Origin: Clostridia bacterium
Lineage (GTDB): Bacteria; Bacillota; Clostridia; CAKSNL01; HGM11501
Assembly: GCA_045545475.1 (NCBI GenBank)
Contig: JAZQAZ010000023.1
Location: forward strand, 1-64,000
Reading direction: 5' to 3'
Length of the DNA stretch: 64,000 bases
Made by a program: the position numbers and the translations under genes. The first letter of the stretch is position 1. The number at the start of each line of letters is the position of its first letter. Positions 45,290-55,538 of the stretch are shown in pieces. The notes under the pieces were generated by a model. It searched no databases. It had not been told where the DNA came from and saw only the letters and a list, made by a program, of their open reading frames with translations.

Positions 45290-46078
45290 GTGAAAAAATT
45301 TTTTGCAATATTTTTTGTTCTTGTGGCTCTGTCAGCCTTTACCGCATGCAAAGACGAGAATTCTTCTAATTTTGACGGAGAAAAGCTTTCATATACAGAA
45401 ATGCTAAAGGGTGACGGAACCATTGATAAGCGTTGGTATTACAAATATTATCCTGACGGAGAAATATCAACTTCCATGCGCTGTCTTGAAGACGGGACGT
45501 GTGTCCAAAGAAATGAATATACATATACCGAAGATAACTTAAAGGAAACAGAAACCATATATGTTCTTGGCAAAAAGACATCCGTTACCGAATATTCTTA
45601 CAGCGAAGATAAAAAACTTTACTCCGAAAAGAATTATCTTCCCACAGAAATAACAGAAACATTGTATTATTATAATGCAGACGGAACGCTGGACTATACC
45701 GAAAAAAGAAAAGCCAACGGAGATCTTATAAGCAGTCATCGTTACATCTACATGGCAGATAAACTCACAGAAGAAAGCTTTTTTGACGCATCGGATAACA
45801 AAATCGGCGGCATATTATACACTTATTCAAAAGATCATATCAAAACCGTTGAATATTCGGGAATTGCTGCAACGGATTATGCCAAAGAGGACAGAACCTA
45901 TGATGGTGAAAACCTTATAAAAACGCTGTTTTACAATGCAGAAGGGCAATTGCTCTATACAGATACCGCAGAATATGACGGTGACAGATGTATGCACAGA
46001 CTTCGTGTAGACAGCAACAACTCCATTGTATATACATGGGATGCTTATTATGACAGCTTTGTATCATTAATCGGATAA
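45290..46078 (+). CDS. Hypothetical lipoprotein with Tyr-rich YD-like beta repeats
   Basis: GTG start after AAGGAG, lipobox FTAC, repeated Y-x-Y-x-x-D-G units. Confidence 0.7.
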   Translation: MKKFFAIFFVLVALSAFTACKDENSSNFDGEKLSYTEMLKGDGTIDKRWYYKYYPDGEISTSMRCLEDGTCVQRNEYTYTEDNLKETETIYVLGKKTSVTEYSYSEDKKLYSEKNYLPTEITETLYYYNADGTLDYTEKRKANGDLISSHRYIYMADKLTEESFFDASDNKIGGILYTYSKDHIKTVEYSGIAATDYAKEDRTYDGENLIKTLFYNAEGQLLYTDTAEYDGDRCMHRLRVDSNNSIVYTWDAYYDSFVSLIG

Positions 46079-46091
46079 AGGAGAATTTCAT

Positions 46092-46763
46092 ATGCCACTT
46101 ATTGTAATAGAAGGTGTTGACGCTTCAGGAAAGGCCACGCAAACTAAAAAGCTTTGCGAACGTCTTTTATCGGAAGGTAAAAAACTCATGCAAATAACCT
46201 TTCCTGACTATGACTCTCCCTCTTCTGCTCCGGTTAAAATGTATCTTTCCGGAGAACTCGGAGACACAGCAGACAGCGTAAATGCCTATGCTGCAAGCGC
46301 ACTTTTTGCAGTCGACAGATTTTGCAGTTACAGAAAAAACTGGAAGACATTTTTAGACGATGGCGGAATTATTATAGCAGATCGCTATGTTACATCAAAT
46401 TTTATTCATCAGGCATCTAAAATCAGTGACATTGCTGAACGTGATAAATATCTTGATTTCCAGTCTGATTTTGAATATGAAAAAATTGGACTTCCCAAAC
46501 CTGATGCAGTATTGTTTTTAGATGTCCCTCCCGAGGTTTCTTTGGAACTTATTGCAAAAAGAGAAAACAAGTTTGATTCCTCATCTTCTCATGACATTCA
46601 CGAACGTGATTCAAATCATCTTTTCAAGGCCTACGAAAGTGCAGTTTATGTTGCAGATAAGTTTGGATTTATAAAAATCCAATGTACAGAAGAAAAAAAG
46701 CTTAAAACCATTGATGAAATTGCAGGTATGGTCTATAACTCAATCGAAAATATTATAGAATAA
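46092..46763 (+). CDS. tmk: Thymidylate kinase
   Basis: IVIEGVDASGKATQ P-loop, FPDY, ADRY and PKPDAVLFLDVP. Confidence 0.9.
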   Translation: MPLIVIEGVDASGKATQTKKLCERLLSEGKKLMQITFPDYDSPSSAPVKMYLSGELGDTADSVNAYAASALFAVDRFCSYRKNWKTFLDDGGIIIADRYVTSNFIHQASKISDIAERDKYLDFQSDFEYEKIGLPKPDAVLFLDVPPEVSLELIAKRENKFDSSSSHDIHERDSNHLFKAYESAVYVADKFGFIKIQCTEEKKLKTIDEIAGMVYNSIENIIE

Positions 46764-46799
46764 AAAAAATAAAAGGTGTGATGCACCTTTTATTTTTTT
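46762..46799. terminator. Terminator after tmk
   Basis: AAAAAAATAAAAGGTG-tgatg-CACCTTTTATTTTTTT. Confidence 0.7.
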
Positions 46800-46935
46800 C
46801 TGTATCAGATGAGTATTAGTCTGCATGAATGACCTTTTTATTCATTTTAAAAAACAAAAGCAAGGTTTAGTTTCAGCCTTGCTCCTGTTAGAATATCTCT
46901 ACTATATTTAGTTCAATAAACTGGAATATTTTAGT

Positions 46936-47364
46936 TTAAAAATCTGCTTCATAATAATAGAAATTATTGCCAAGAGCTTCCACATAATACCGATTGTCTC
47001 CACCGTTTTCTTGGTATAAGTATCCATCTCCACTTTCAACAAGTTCGTCCTCTGGTCCAGCTACATCTATAGCACACATATCGCCATCAGCGGAATAAAA
47101 GATTCCATAATAATGAGTACTAGGACCAAAACCTGCACCACCACATGAAATATCTACATACTTTTCAGATATATACACTGACTGAACACCTCTTATATTT
47201 TCTACGGTACTATAATCTCCGCTGTTCGCAGCCTGTAGGAAGGTCTCTTCGTTATTTTGATATAGTGATATTATATCACTTTTCTCAGTAAGATTTTTGG
47301 AACATGCAGTAAATATAAAAACAAAACATACTAACACCCCAAGTAATGATATTAACTTTTTCAT
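46936..47364 (-). CDS. Hypothetical lipoprotein
   Basis: MKKLISLLG...FTAC lipobox; start moved to ATG 47364 after AAAGGGG. Confidence 0.7.
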   Translation of the reverse strand: MKKLISLLGVLVCFVFIFTACSKNLTEKSDIISLYQNNEETFLQAANSGDYSTVENIRGVQSVYISEKYVDISCGGAGFGPSTHYYGIFYSADGDMCAIDVAGPEDELVESGDGYLYQENGGDNRYYVEALGNNFYYYEADF

Positions 47365-47389
47365 ACAATTAATCCCCTTTATTAAACTC

Positions 47390-47974
47390 TTATTTTTTTG
47401 CATTTTCCTCCTTACCAAGTATATCATAACGTAAAATTCCAACCAAAATTGATATAATACATATTATGTCCGAAACGTTAAGTATCCAGAGGCTGTTATG
47501 GGCATTGTATATGAGCCAGCTTACCATCCCCGGAAGGCTTAAAAATCTTACTGTCCTCGGATTTTTAACCCACATGGCAATTGTGGCAAAGGCCATACCG
47601 GAAACGCTCAGAAACGCCCATGCTCCTTCTTTATTGACCACTCCGGAATAAATCCCCGCTCCCACGAAAAAGGCCATAAAACCTAACAGAATCCACTTCG
47701 AAGCAAGCCACTTTACTCCTGCATCTTTTCTGTCAAAAACAAGCGATCTCACAATGGAAAGAATGTTCATGATTCCGCCCGCTACAGTTCCTTTAAGGAA
47801 ATAATAAATACTGACAACGCTCATTGCCGCAACCACCGTCATAAGTATTCCACGCTTGGTCTTTTGCTGATATGCCAGAGCGTTAAGAAGTACTGCTGCA
47901 AATGCAAACACGACCACCCAGCCATCTGCTTTTACATCTTTTAATACGTTCTGAATAAATTCCACCTTGCTCAT
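47390..47974 (-). CDS. YgjV-like inner membrane protein
   Basis: Multi-TM protein with AYQQK.KR, MNILSIVR and WLIYN motifs. Confidence 0.75.
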   Translation of the reverse strand: MSKVEFIQNVLKDVKADGWVVVFAFAAVLLNALAYQQKTKRGILMTVVAAMSVVSIYYFLKGTVAGGIMNILSIVRSLVFDRKDAGVKWLASKWILLGFMAFFVGAGIYSGVVNKEGAWAFLSVSGMAFATIAMWVKNPRTVRFLSLPGMVSWLIYNAHNSLWILNVSDIICIISILVGILRYDILGKEENAKK

Positions 47975-48040
47975 CGCCCTCCCTTTTCAACTCACTAATT
48001 ATACATCAGCCTACTGCAAAATGCAACATTTATTTAAAAT

Positions 48041-48069
48041 AAAAATGACGGGCAAAGCCCGTCATTTTT
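48041..48069 (-). terminator. Terminator after the SLH protein gene
   Basis: AAAAATGACGGGC-aaa-GCCCGTCATTTTT. Confidence 0.8.
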
Positions 48070-48072
48070 TAC

Positions 48073-51000
48073 TTATTGCATAACCTCTAAGATGAGATAA
48101 ATCATCTGGAATGCCTGAGCTCTTGTAGCACCTGCTGCGGGAGCAAATGTGCCGTCGCCCATACCGGAGATAACGCCTGCAGCTGCTAACTTGTTAACAG
48201 CTTCTACTGCATCAGCATCAATATTTTCAGCATCTGTGAAAGCTACAATCTTATCAGAAGGAAGTGTTGCCTTCTTCATTAATACAGCCTTGTATATCAT
48301 CAAAGCCATATCCTGTCTTGTAATTCTTACGTTGGATCCGAATGAACCGCCGTCAGTGCCACACAAAATATTTGCTTCATGAGCTGCCGCAATGTAGGGT
48401 ACCTGCCATCCGTCTGCAGGAACGTCTTCCCAGAAGTAGTTATATGCATCAGCCTTTATATCAAGGTCAAACGCTACAACCAAAAGCTTAACAAACTCGT
48501 CTCTGGTAATAATACCGTTGGGACGGATTGTACCGTCTTCATAGCCGTTGATTATTCCCTTATGTATAAGAGTTCCGATAGCATGCTTTGCCCAAGCAGC
48601 ATCCTCTACGTCAGAGAACTTAGCTACTGCTGTATTAATCTGCTCTTCTGTGATAACTTCCTTAGCAGGTTCAGCGGGTTTTGTAGTAACCGGTGCAGCC
48701 GGGAATGTTGTATTACCATTGTTCTTATCGGTTGTGATGGTGATACTACCCTTACCGGATCCGCCGCCTTCACTTACAGATTTAAGAATTGTCTCAAAGC
48801 TTTCTGCTATTCCCTGAGCGGTAAGATCAGTACCCTTCTTCGCAAGCTGTGTAAAGAGTCTTGTCATTAATCTTGATGCCTTTGTATTTGTAAGAGCATC
48901 ATACTTTCTCCAGTTCTTATCGCTGATATCAAGATCTTCATAAATGCCGTCTTCTCCGAAGAGTAAGTCTGCAAGATCATCCGAAGTTGTATCTTCGCTG
49001 TTTACAACTTCATAAACCTTTCTCACTGCCTTAGCATTGGTATTAGCCTTAGCTATAATTTCAGCATTTGTAAGCTCGTCGTCTTCGTCTGCCTCATCTA
49101 CAGCAACGATAGCAGCCATAAGCAATTCGGCGTCAAGGTCATCTTCATAGGAAACAGCAATTTCGTTTGCTATAGCTGCATCGATAACAGCCTTCTTCTC
49201 TTCTAATGTAAGAGAATCATCATATGCTGCATCGATAAGGTCCATAGCAGCAACAGTTGCACCTGCACCAAGTGTAGCTTCGCCTTCAGCTGCTACCTCT
49301 ACATTAGCCTTAGAAGACTCAATGGGCTCTGTAGAAAGAGTCATATAAACCTCAGCAAAGAGCTTTGTATAACCTTCAGCCTTTGCAACATAAGCACCTT
49401 TTGCCTCATCGTATGCCATTATATCGTTATCTTCAGAGAAGTACTTAACATAGCAATCTGCAGGAAGAATGCCTGTCTCGCCGTTGGGATATTCGTATTC
49501 TATTACAGGAACGATTTCTGTTCCTACTTCTACGCTCTTAAATACATTTGCATTTGCAAATGTTGCTGCAACGATTCTGCCTTCAAAAGCATCATCTTCT
49601 GTAGGAGCAGTATACTCATCGCCTGTAACTGTTATTAACTTCTTATCCGTAATGGTAGTTCCGTCTTCAAGAGTATATGTCGCAGTGATGATTTCTGTAC
49701 CTCTGGAAACAGCTGTAATTGTTCCTGCAGCAGCATCAACAGCTACAACTGCATCACCAAGTGTTGTGGATACAGTAACAGCAGGAGCACTCTTTACATC
49801 AATGTTTCCGGGTTTGTATTCGTCTTTGCCTGCAACTTTGAGAGACTCAAATTCAGCATTAACGGCAAATGTTGTTTCGCCATCTAAATCAATAACATCT
49901 TCTTCTATATCAAGAGCCAAAGATGTAGGATCTGTAGTTCCGTCATATACAAGAGTTTCTTCGGAAGGAAGAATGTTTGTATTAATCTGGAAATCCTTTA
50001 CGAAATATCTTCCGCTACGGCTGGAGAATGTTATATAGGATTTCTCGGGAAGCTGTACAGCCATTCCAGTGAAGGGAACTACTTCGTCTGTTACGAGGTT
50101 ATAAAGTGTACCTGAACTGTAGCCGTCATAGCTTGTTCCTCTGGCTGTTACCTTTGTAACAATCGCATCAAATACAATTTTAGCAAGAGGTACATTTTCG
50201 CCCTGATCGTCAACTGCATAGATTTCAATTAATTCACCAAAGTCCTTGATTAAAGGAGTGAATGTCTTCTGATCTGCAGAAAGTACGCCAGGAAGAGATG
50301 TAAGGTCAATCTCTGTATAAACTCTTGAGTCTTCAACTCCGGAAGTCTTATACTGACCGTCTCTTATAACAATATAAATTGTTGCAAAGTTGTTTGCAAG
50401 AGCGTCTTCCTGAATGGAAACGCCCTGGTAACCAAGCATTGCAGGAGTTACATTGTACTGCTGTTCATAGCAGTCAGAACCTAATGTCTGACGTACACCG
50501 AACATCATTCTACCCTGTGCTTCTCTCGTAAGAGTAGCCTGAACGCTGTATACAGGATAAGAAGTTCTGAAATGCATCTGATATCTGGTACCTGTCTGAC
50601 CTGCCATAGCACCCCAAAGGTTAATCGGAATACCCTTTTCAGTTGTTACGGGAACCTCCGATAAAGCAGAGTTTCCGAAATTATACCATTCAGATTCAAA
50701 CTGGCTTAAAGAATAGCTTCCTGTAAAGGACTGGGTATATGTAGGAATACCGTCTTCGGTATATACTCCTAATTTACTGATTGCACTTGCAATGCTATTG
50801 AATTCTGCATCAAGCTTTGCATTGGTGATACCATCTTCTTCAACAGCTTCCTTTGCAGACTCAATGCTGTCAAGTATTGACTGAAGCTCTTCTTCGGAAT
50901 ATTCGCTGTCGGGATCATTAAGAAGTTCTTCTATAACTGCTTCAAATCCCGCAAATCTTCCGGGATAGCTTTCAGCTGTTGCAACTGTTACTGCACCGGA

Positions 51001-52182
51001 AAGAACATCGTCAAGACTTGAAAGAACTTCCTGAGCGTCATCTTCCAAAAGGTCTTCTGTTGCAACTGTTACATCTATTAAAGTAATTGCATCTTCAATA
51101 GCATTTATATCTAAGCTGTTTGAGATATAAACATCATCAGCAGTATCTTCAGACTCATATGCTTCAATAATCTCTAAAAATTCCGCCTTTTTTGCTTCAA
51201 GCTCAGCAAGTGTTTCTTCTGTAACAAGAAGATCGTTGTAGAGAAGCACATATAAATTGTCAACAGTAACTACCGCTGCTTCTTCTGCAAACAATTCGAC
51301 TTCTTCTGCTGCCAACATTTCAGTATCTTCAATGATACCGCCGTCACCGGGATCTTCGGGGTCTGTAGGTTCTTCGGGTTCTACAGGTTCTTCGGGTTCT
51401 GTAGGTTCTTCAGGCTCTATAGGCTCTTCGGGATCTTCGGAAGGAAGATAATCTTCCGGATCCTGGGGAGCAAGGGGATCGTCCTCTACACTTGCAGTTA
51501 CTCCGTTATAAACAGAGAAGAATCTGTAAGCCTGTGTATCAGCAAAAGTAATTGTAGATGTAAGAGAGTTTTCGCCTGATGTGAGCACCGCATAATCTTC
51601 TACCATTGCGAAAGATGCAATGAGAGTTTCGTTAGCATAGAGCTCAACTGCATCGCCTTCATAAATTACCTGATATGAAGCCTCTGTTAAGTCAACAGGA
51701 GCATCTACAACAAGGTAATCGGTTCCTTCTACGCCTTCACCCCATTTGGAAAGTCTGTGAGAGAACCATAAAATAATTTTATCAGCAGTGATACCAACCC
51801 AGGAACCATAGCTTTCACCAGAAGGCTTTATCTTCGCCTTATTAAGACGGATACCGATAAAGGTTGCTGTCCAGGGATCTGTATATTCCTTAGTTGTTGT
51901 CATATCGAAAGTAATGATATGCTGCTTATTGTTCTTTGTGTCTAAACCTTCGTTCACAGCCATATAAGACTCTGAAGAAAGTTCAAAATTAAGTACGCCG
52001 TCCTCAACGCTTCCGTTAAATACGGTGAGCTTGTCGCTTACTTTTTTATCAAAATTCTCTTCAACTAATACTGTTTCAGCATAACCTGTAACAGGTTCTA
52101 ACGCCAAAACAGGAGTTGTGATTACGAGACCGACAAGCATACTGAGGGCAATAAGGAAAGCGAGTAATCTTCTTAATTTCAT
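48073..52182 (-). CDS. Large secreted multidomain cell-surface protein with three C-terminal SLH domains
   Basis: Signal peptide MKLRRLLAF..VLA; Pro/Glu linker; Ig-like segments; SLH motifs FSDV..W, GIINGYEDGTIRP..ITRDEF, ITRQDMA and ATRAQA. Confidence 0.88.
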   Translation of the reverse strand: MKLRRLLAFLIALSMLVGLVITTPVLALEPVTGYAETVLVEENFDKKVSDKLTVFNGSVEDGVLNFELSSESYMAVNEGLDTKNNKQHIITFDMTTTKEYTDPWTATFIGIRLNKAKIKPSGESYGSWVGITADKIILWFSHRLSKWGEGVEGTDYLVVDAPVDLTEASYQVIYEGDAVELYANETLIASFAMVEDYAVLTSGENSLTSTITFADTQAYRFFSVYNGVTASVEDDPLAPQDPEDYLPSEDPEEPIEPEEPTEPEEPVEPEEPTDPEDPGDGGIIEDTEMLAAEEVELFAEEAAVVTVDNLYVLLYNDLLVTEETLAELEAKKAEFLEIIEAYESEDTADDVYISNSLDINAIEDAITLIDVTVATEDLLEDDAQEVLSSLDDVLSGAVTVATAESYPGRFAGFEAVIEELLNDPDSEYSEEELQSILDSIESAKEAVEEDGITNAKLDAEFNSIASAISKLGVYTEDGIPTYTQSFTGSYSLSQFESEWYNFGNSALSEVPVTTEKGIPINLWGAMAGQTGTRYQMHFRTSYPVYSVQATLTREAQGRMMFGVRQTLGSDCYEQQYNVTPAMLGYQGVSIQEDALANNFATIYIVIRDGQYKTSGVEDSRVYTEIDLTSLPGVLSADQKTFTPLIKDFGELIEIYAVDDQGENVPLAKIVFDAIVTKVTARGTSYDGYSSGTLYNLVTDEVVPFTGMAVQLPEKSYITFSSRSGRYFVKDFQINTNILPSEETLVYDGTTDPTSLALDIEEDVIDLDGETTFAVNAEFESLKVAGKDEYKPGNIDVKSAPAVTVSTTLGDAVVAVDAAAGTITAVSRGTEIITATYTLEDGTTITDKKLITVTGDEYTAPTEDDAFEGRIVAATFANANVFKSVEVGTEIVPVIEYEYPNGETGILPADCYVKYFSEDNDIMAYDEAKGAYVAKAEGYTKLFAEVYMTLSTEPIESSKANVEVAAEGEATLGAGATVAAMDLIDAAYDDSLTLEEKKAVIDAAIANEIAVSYEDDLDAELLMAAIVAVDEADEDDELTNAEIIAKANTNAKAVRKVYEVVNSEDTTSDDLADLLFGEDGIYEDLDISDKNWRKYDALTNTKASRLMTRLFTQLAKKGTDLTAQGIAESFETILKSVSEGGGSGKGSITITTDKNNGNTTFPAAPVTTKPAEPAKEVITEEQINTAVAKFSDVEDAAWAKHAIGTLIHKGIINGYEDGTIRPNGIITRDEFVKLLVVAFDLDIKADAYNYFWEDVPADGWQVPYIAAAHEANILCGTDGGSFGSNVRITRQDMALMIYKAVLMKKATLPSDKIVAFTDAENIDADAVEAVNKLAAAGVISGMGDGTFAPAAGATRAQAFQMIYLILEVMQ
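51353..51432. repeat. 18-bp coding tandem repeat (~4.5 copies) encoding an (EPEEPT)-like linker
   Basis: TCTTCGGGTTCTGTAGGT-like units; protein reads DPEEPIEPEEPTEPEEPVEPEEPTDPED. Confidence 0.8.
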
Positions 52183-52230
52183 TCTATTGCCATTCCTTTC
52201 TTTCATTTAAGGCCTTTTGCCTTATCTTAG

Positions 52231-52264
52231 GGTAGGCAAAGCCGCTATATGCGGCTCCGCCTAC
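52231..52264 (-). other. Intergenic stem-loop between the two S-layer genes
   Basis: GTAGGCAAAGCCGC-tatat-GCGGCTCCGCCTAC, an imperfect stem. Confidence 0.55.
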
Positions 52265-52283
52265 TACTTACTATGCCTGACTA

Positions 52284-55200
52284 TTAGTCTCTTTCGTTTT
52301 CGTACTTCTGGATATTGTCAAGATCTGCTGCTTCTACATTTGTGTAAATAGCCATAGACTTGAACGCCTTGTTTTCCATCTGAAGAAGTACCCAGTCGCC
52401 TTCAGCAACTTCTGTGGAGGCAACAGCCTTTACATAACCTGTTTCACAGTCATAGCTTGCAGACTTCTTACCGGAAACTGCACATACGATAGCTTCAGAA
52501 GCACCGTCACCATATTCTACGATAACCTTACCGTTAGCAACAGTTCTTACCTTACCGAATACAACTTCTCTTTCCCATTTACCCCAGGATACGCTTCCGT
52601 CTGTAGCATAGAGATACATATCGGAAGTACCGTCGATAATTCTGGAAAGAACAGCCTTAATGGGGAAGTAACCCATCTTGAAGGTTGCGTCAGCGTTGCC
52701 GTCGATTGTAAGAGAACCCTTGTGGAATTCATCAAATGTGATTGTGTAGTTACCATACCAGTAACCGCCCGTGGACCATGTGTAGGGATTTACTACGTCA
52801 CCGATGTTATAATCGGTGTCTGCTCCGAGGTAACCGTATTCATAGGTATTGTCTTCAATAGCATACTTTGTCTGATATGCACCGTTGTTGATAAAGCCGA
52901 TTTCATAGCCGAATTCTGCTTCGCCTTCGAAATCAAGAACTGTATCCTGCATATATTCAACCATGATGTATGCACCAAATTCGCTTGCACTCCTACTTCC
53001 GGATCCGCCGTCGTTACCGGAGAGAACAACTGCAACTGTTCCGTCTTCAGCAACGTCGAAGAGAACGTGACCGTGACCACCGTCTCTTGCACCTGTACCC
53101 CACTTTGTTACGTTGTACTTATCGTCGGTAGCAGGATTTGTCTTGGATGCTCTGAACATTACTGTTCCGTTGAATGTGTAAGGTGTTCCGTACATACCGC
53201 CACCGTTGATGTGGTAAGGAGAACCACTTACGTTTACGTCTTCGAATGTGAAGTAAGAACTCTTATCTTCATCTTCAGGAACCTGAGAAGAAGGCATTGC
53301 TGTAACGATTTCCTTTATAGCTCCGTTTGAGTCAAGAGCATATTTTATAATCTGCTCGTAAGGACGGCTGGCAGATGCTGTTGCATAGCTTGTTCCGTTC
53401 TGTAAGCTTGCATATTTAGCAGACTTCTTAAGAAGAGTGAATAACTCGTCAGCTGTGATGGATGATGCCTTACCTTCATCGTTAAGACGATATGTAGTTG
53501 TTCCCATATCGGTGAACTTCATATTATCAGCTAAGGAATAAGTAGCTTTCTTGCCGGAAGCATCCATGAGCTTAACCATTACGGTTTCGCCGAATACCTG
53601 AGTTTCATCATCAATTGCAACGTCCATAAGGAGACCATAACTTAATGCAGCAAGACCTGTCTGTGCTTCAGCATAGAATACATAACCATCCTTATTTATA
53701 CCGAGCTTAAGGCTTGCACCGTTCTTATATCCGGAAAGGACATCGCTGCCTTCGATTTCTTCATACTTGGTATCGCCGATTACAACATATCCGGAACCCT
53801 TTCTTGCAACAGTTCCATTTACTAATTTTCCGCCAAGATTTACTGTGTAGTGGTTAGCCCACATTCTGATATATACAACAGTACCTGCCTTGATGTCAGA
53901 GAACTCACCCTTTGTACCATCAGCCTTGATGATATCAACTGTGATTTCCTTATCGTCATCAAATTCTTCATCTTCATCAAGCATTACGCTGTATTCTTCG
54001 TGAACAGCTCCGCCATAATAGCTTGTTCCGATAATTGTCTTGCTGGAAGACTTAACTGTCTCAACATACATAGGAATGTATTCGTTGATGTAAATAAGGT
54101 CATAAACCTTTGTTCCGGTTGTGGATATAAGAGTAATATCGCCGGACTCAAGATCAAATGTAGAATCTGTAAGATTTCTTGCATAAGCAACACCGTTGTA
54201 AATAACGTCGGGTTCATCAGCAAGTTCAAGTTCCATTTCATCTTCTTCTACATATATTTCAAGAAGGTTACCGTCTACATCAGCATCGATAACGTCTTCG
54301 CTCTTGAATGTGATAGTCTTTGTCTTTTCATAGGGGAACATGCAATAGAGTTCGCCCTTCTTGTCATCATACTCGTCATACTTAACATAAGCCTTAACTC
54401 TGTAACCCAAATAATCCTTATATGAATCATTATAAATTTCAAACTCTGTTCCGCCAAGATCGCTCTCTTCGCCGATTTCGATTACACCGGGTTCTGTTGC
54501 ATGATAAACAGAATCAACACCGGAATTTTCGGTTGCTACAACATAGCACTTTTCAATTATATCAAGACCGAACACATTATTGAGTATGTTCTTTCCTGTT
54601 TCATATACATTGTAATTGCCGTCAATCTTGTCAAGTACAAGATAATCAGCTGTAAGAGAATTGAAAAGAAGAACCATAACCTGCTGTCTTGTAACAGCAA
54701 CACCGCTCTGGCCGTTAACGTTCTTTAATATCTTAAGCTGTTCAGCTGTCTTTATGTAGCCTGCAGGATATCCGCCGTATGTTACAGCCATGAAGTCATA
54801 TCCAAGTGCAGATACAACAAACTTTACAGCCTCTTCGTAAAGAATGTTGTTATCAGGCTTAAATGTGCCGTCTGTATAACCGCTTACAATACCCTGGCCT
54901 CTTAAATATTCAACGTCATTATAAGCCCAATGGAGCTCAGAGATGTCGCTGAAAGAAGGGTCAGCAAGGTCAGAAGAATCAATGTCGGTGTGGTAATTTT
55001 TTGCACCAACATTAACGCTTGAAGCACCTGCGAAAGCTGTTTCTGCTTCCTGTGCAGCTTTTACAGCAGCAATGTTTTCAGGTGTTTCGCTTAACTTTGT
55101 GTTGATGATTGCGCCTGCGTTTAAGTTGAGTTCATCGGTTCCCTGGAGCATTCTTGCGAGCATAGACGCAAATTCAGCTCTGGTGATGTTCTTCTCAAGA

Positions 55201-55382
55201 CCGAGTGAACCGTCCTCATAGCCCTGAACGATATTCAGAGTCATAAGAAGTTCAGCTGCCTCAAGGACAACATCCTTTCCGACTGTTTCAACACCCGCTG
55301 CCGCAACTGTTGCGGGGGTCATGGCAACTAAGCCGATTGCCATTGTGAGTGCCAGGATCAATGCAAGTAATTTGTTTCTCAT
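52284..55382 (-). CDS. S-layer protein with N-terminal SLH domains (probably the major S-layer protein)
   Basis: Signal peptide; GYEDGSL..NITRAEF, FSDI..HWAY..GIVSGYTDGTFKPD and VTRQQV; acidic composition, biased codons, consensus-like promoter and long leader. Confidence 0.88.
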   Translation of the reverse strand: MRNKLLALILALTMAIGLVAMTPATVAAAGVETVGKDVVLEAAELLMTLNIVQGYEDGSLGLEKNITRAEFASMLARMLQGTDELNLNAGAIINTKLSETPENIAAVKAAQEAETAFAGASSVNVGAKNYHTDIDSSDLADPSFSDISELHWAYNDVEYLRGQGIVSGYTDGTFKPDNNILYEEAVKFVVSALGYDFMAVTYGGYPAGYIKTAEQLKILKNVNGQSGVAVTRQQVMVLLFNSLTADYLVLDKIDGNYNVYETGKNILNNVFGLDIIEKCYVVATENSGVDSVYHATEPGVIEIGEESDLGGTEFEIYNDSYKDYLGYRVKAYVKYDEYDDKKGELYCMFPYEKTKTITFKSEDVIDADVDGNLLEIYVEEDEMELELADEPDVIYNGVAYARNLTDSTFDLESGDITLISTTGTKVYDLIYINEYIPMYVETVKSSSKTIIGTSYYGGAVHEEYSVMLDEDEEFDDDKEITVDIIKADGTKGEFSDIKAGTVVYIRMWANHYTVNLGGKLVNGTVARKGSGYVVIGDTKYEEIEGSDVLSGYKNGASLKLGINKDGYVFYAEAQTGLAALSYGLLMDVAIDDETQVFGETVMVKLMDASGKKATYSLADNMKFTDMGTTTYRLNDEGKASSITADELFTLLKKSAKYASLQNGTSYATASASRPYEQIIKYALDSNGAIKEIVTAMPSSQVPEDEDKSSYFTFEDVNVSGSPYHINGGGMYGTPYTFNGTVMFRASKTNPATDDKYNVTKWGTGARDGGHGHVLFDVAEDGTVAVVLSGNDGGSGSRSASEFGAYIMVEYMQDTVLDFEGEAEFGYEIGFINNGAYQTKYAIEDNTYEYGYLGADTDYNIGDVVNPYTWSTGGYWYGNYTITFDEFHKGSLTIDGNADATFKMGYFPIKAVLSRIIDGTSDMYLYATDGSVSWGKWEREVVFGKVRTVANGKVIVEYGDGASEAIVCAVSGKKSASYDCETGYVKAVASTEVAEGDWVLLQMENKAFKSMAIYTNVEAADLDNIQKYENERD

Positions 55383-55509
55383 GTTGTTACTCCTCCCTGA
55401 TTTTTAATTACTTTTATTATGTTTATATATTCATTGTTCCGCCTGAAATTCACCTTCGGAACAAGTAAATAAGGACATAATCATACCACTTGCATGATAT
55501 AGTATTTTA

Positions 55510-55538
55510 ATTATAACACACTCTTGTCATTTTAGCAA
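55510..55538 (-). promoter_or_regulatory. sigmaA promoter of the S-layer gene
   Basis: Minus strand TTGCTA-17 nt-TATAAT with TG extension and upstream A/T tracts. Confidence 0.65.

Noticed and set aside
51353-51432. 18-bp repeats as a possible CRISPR-like array
   Set aside because: In-frame coding repeats without spacers; no cas genes in the window.
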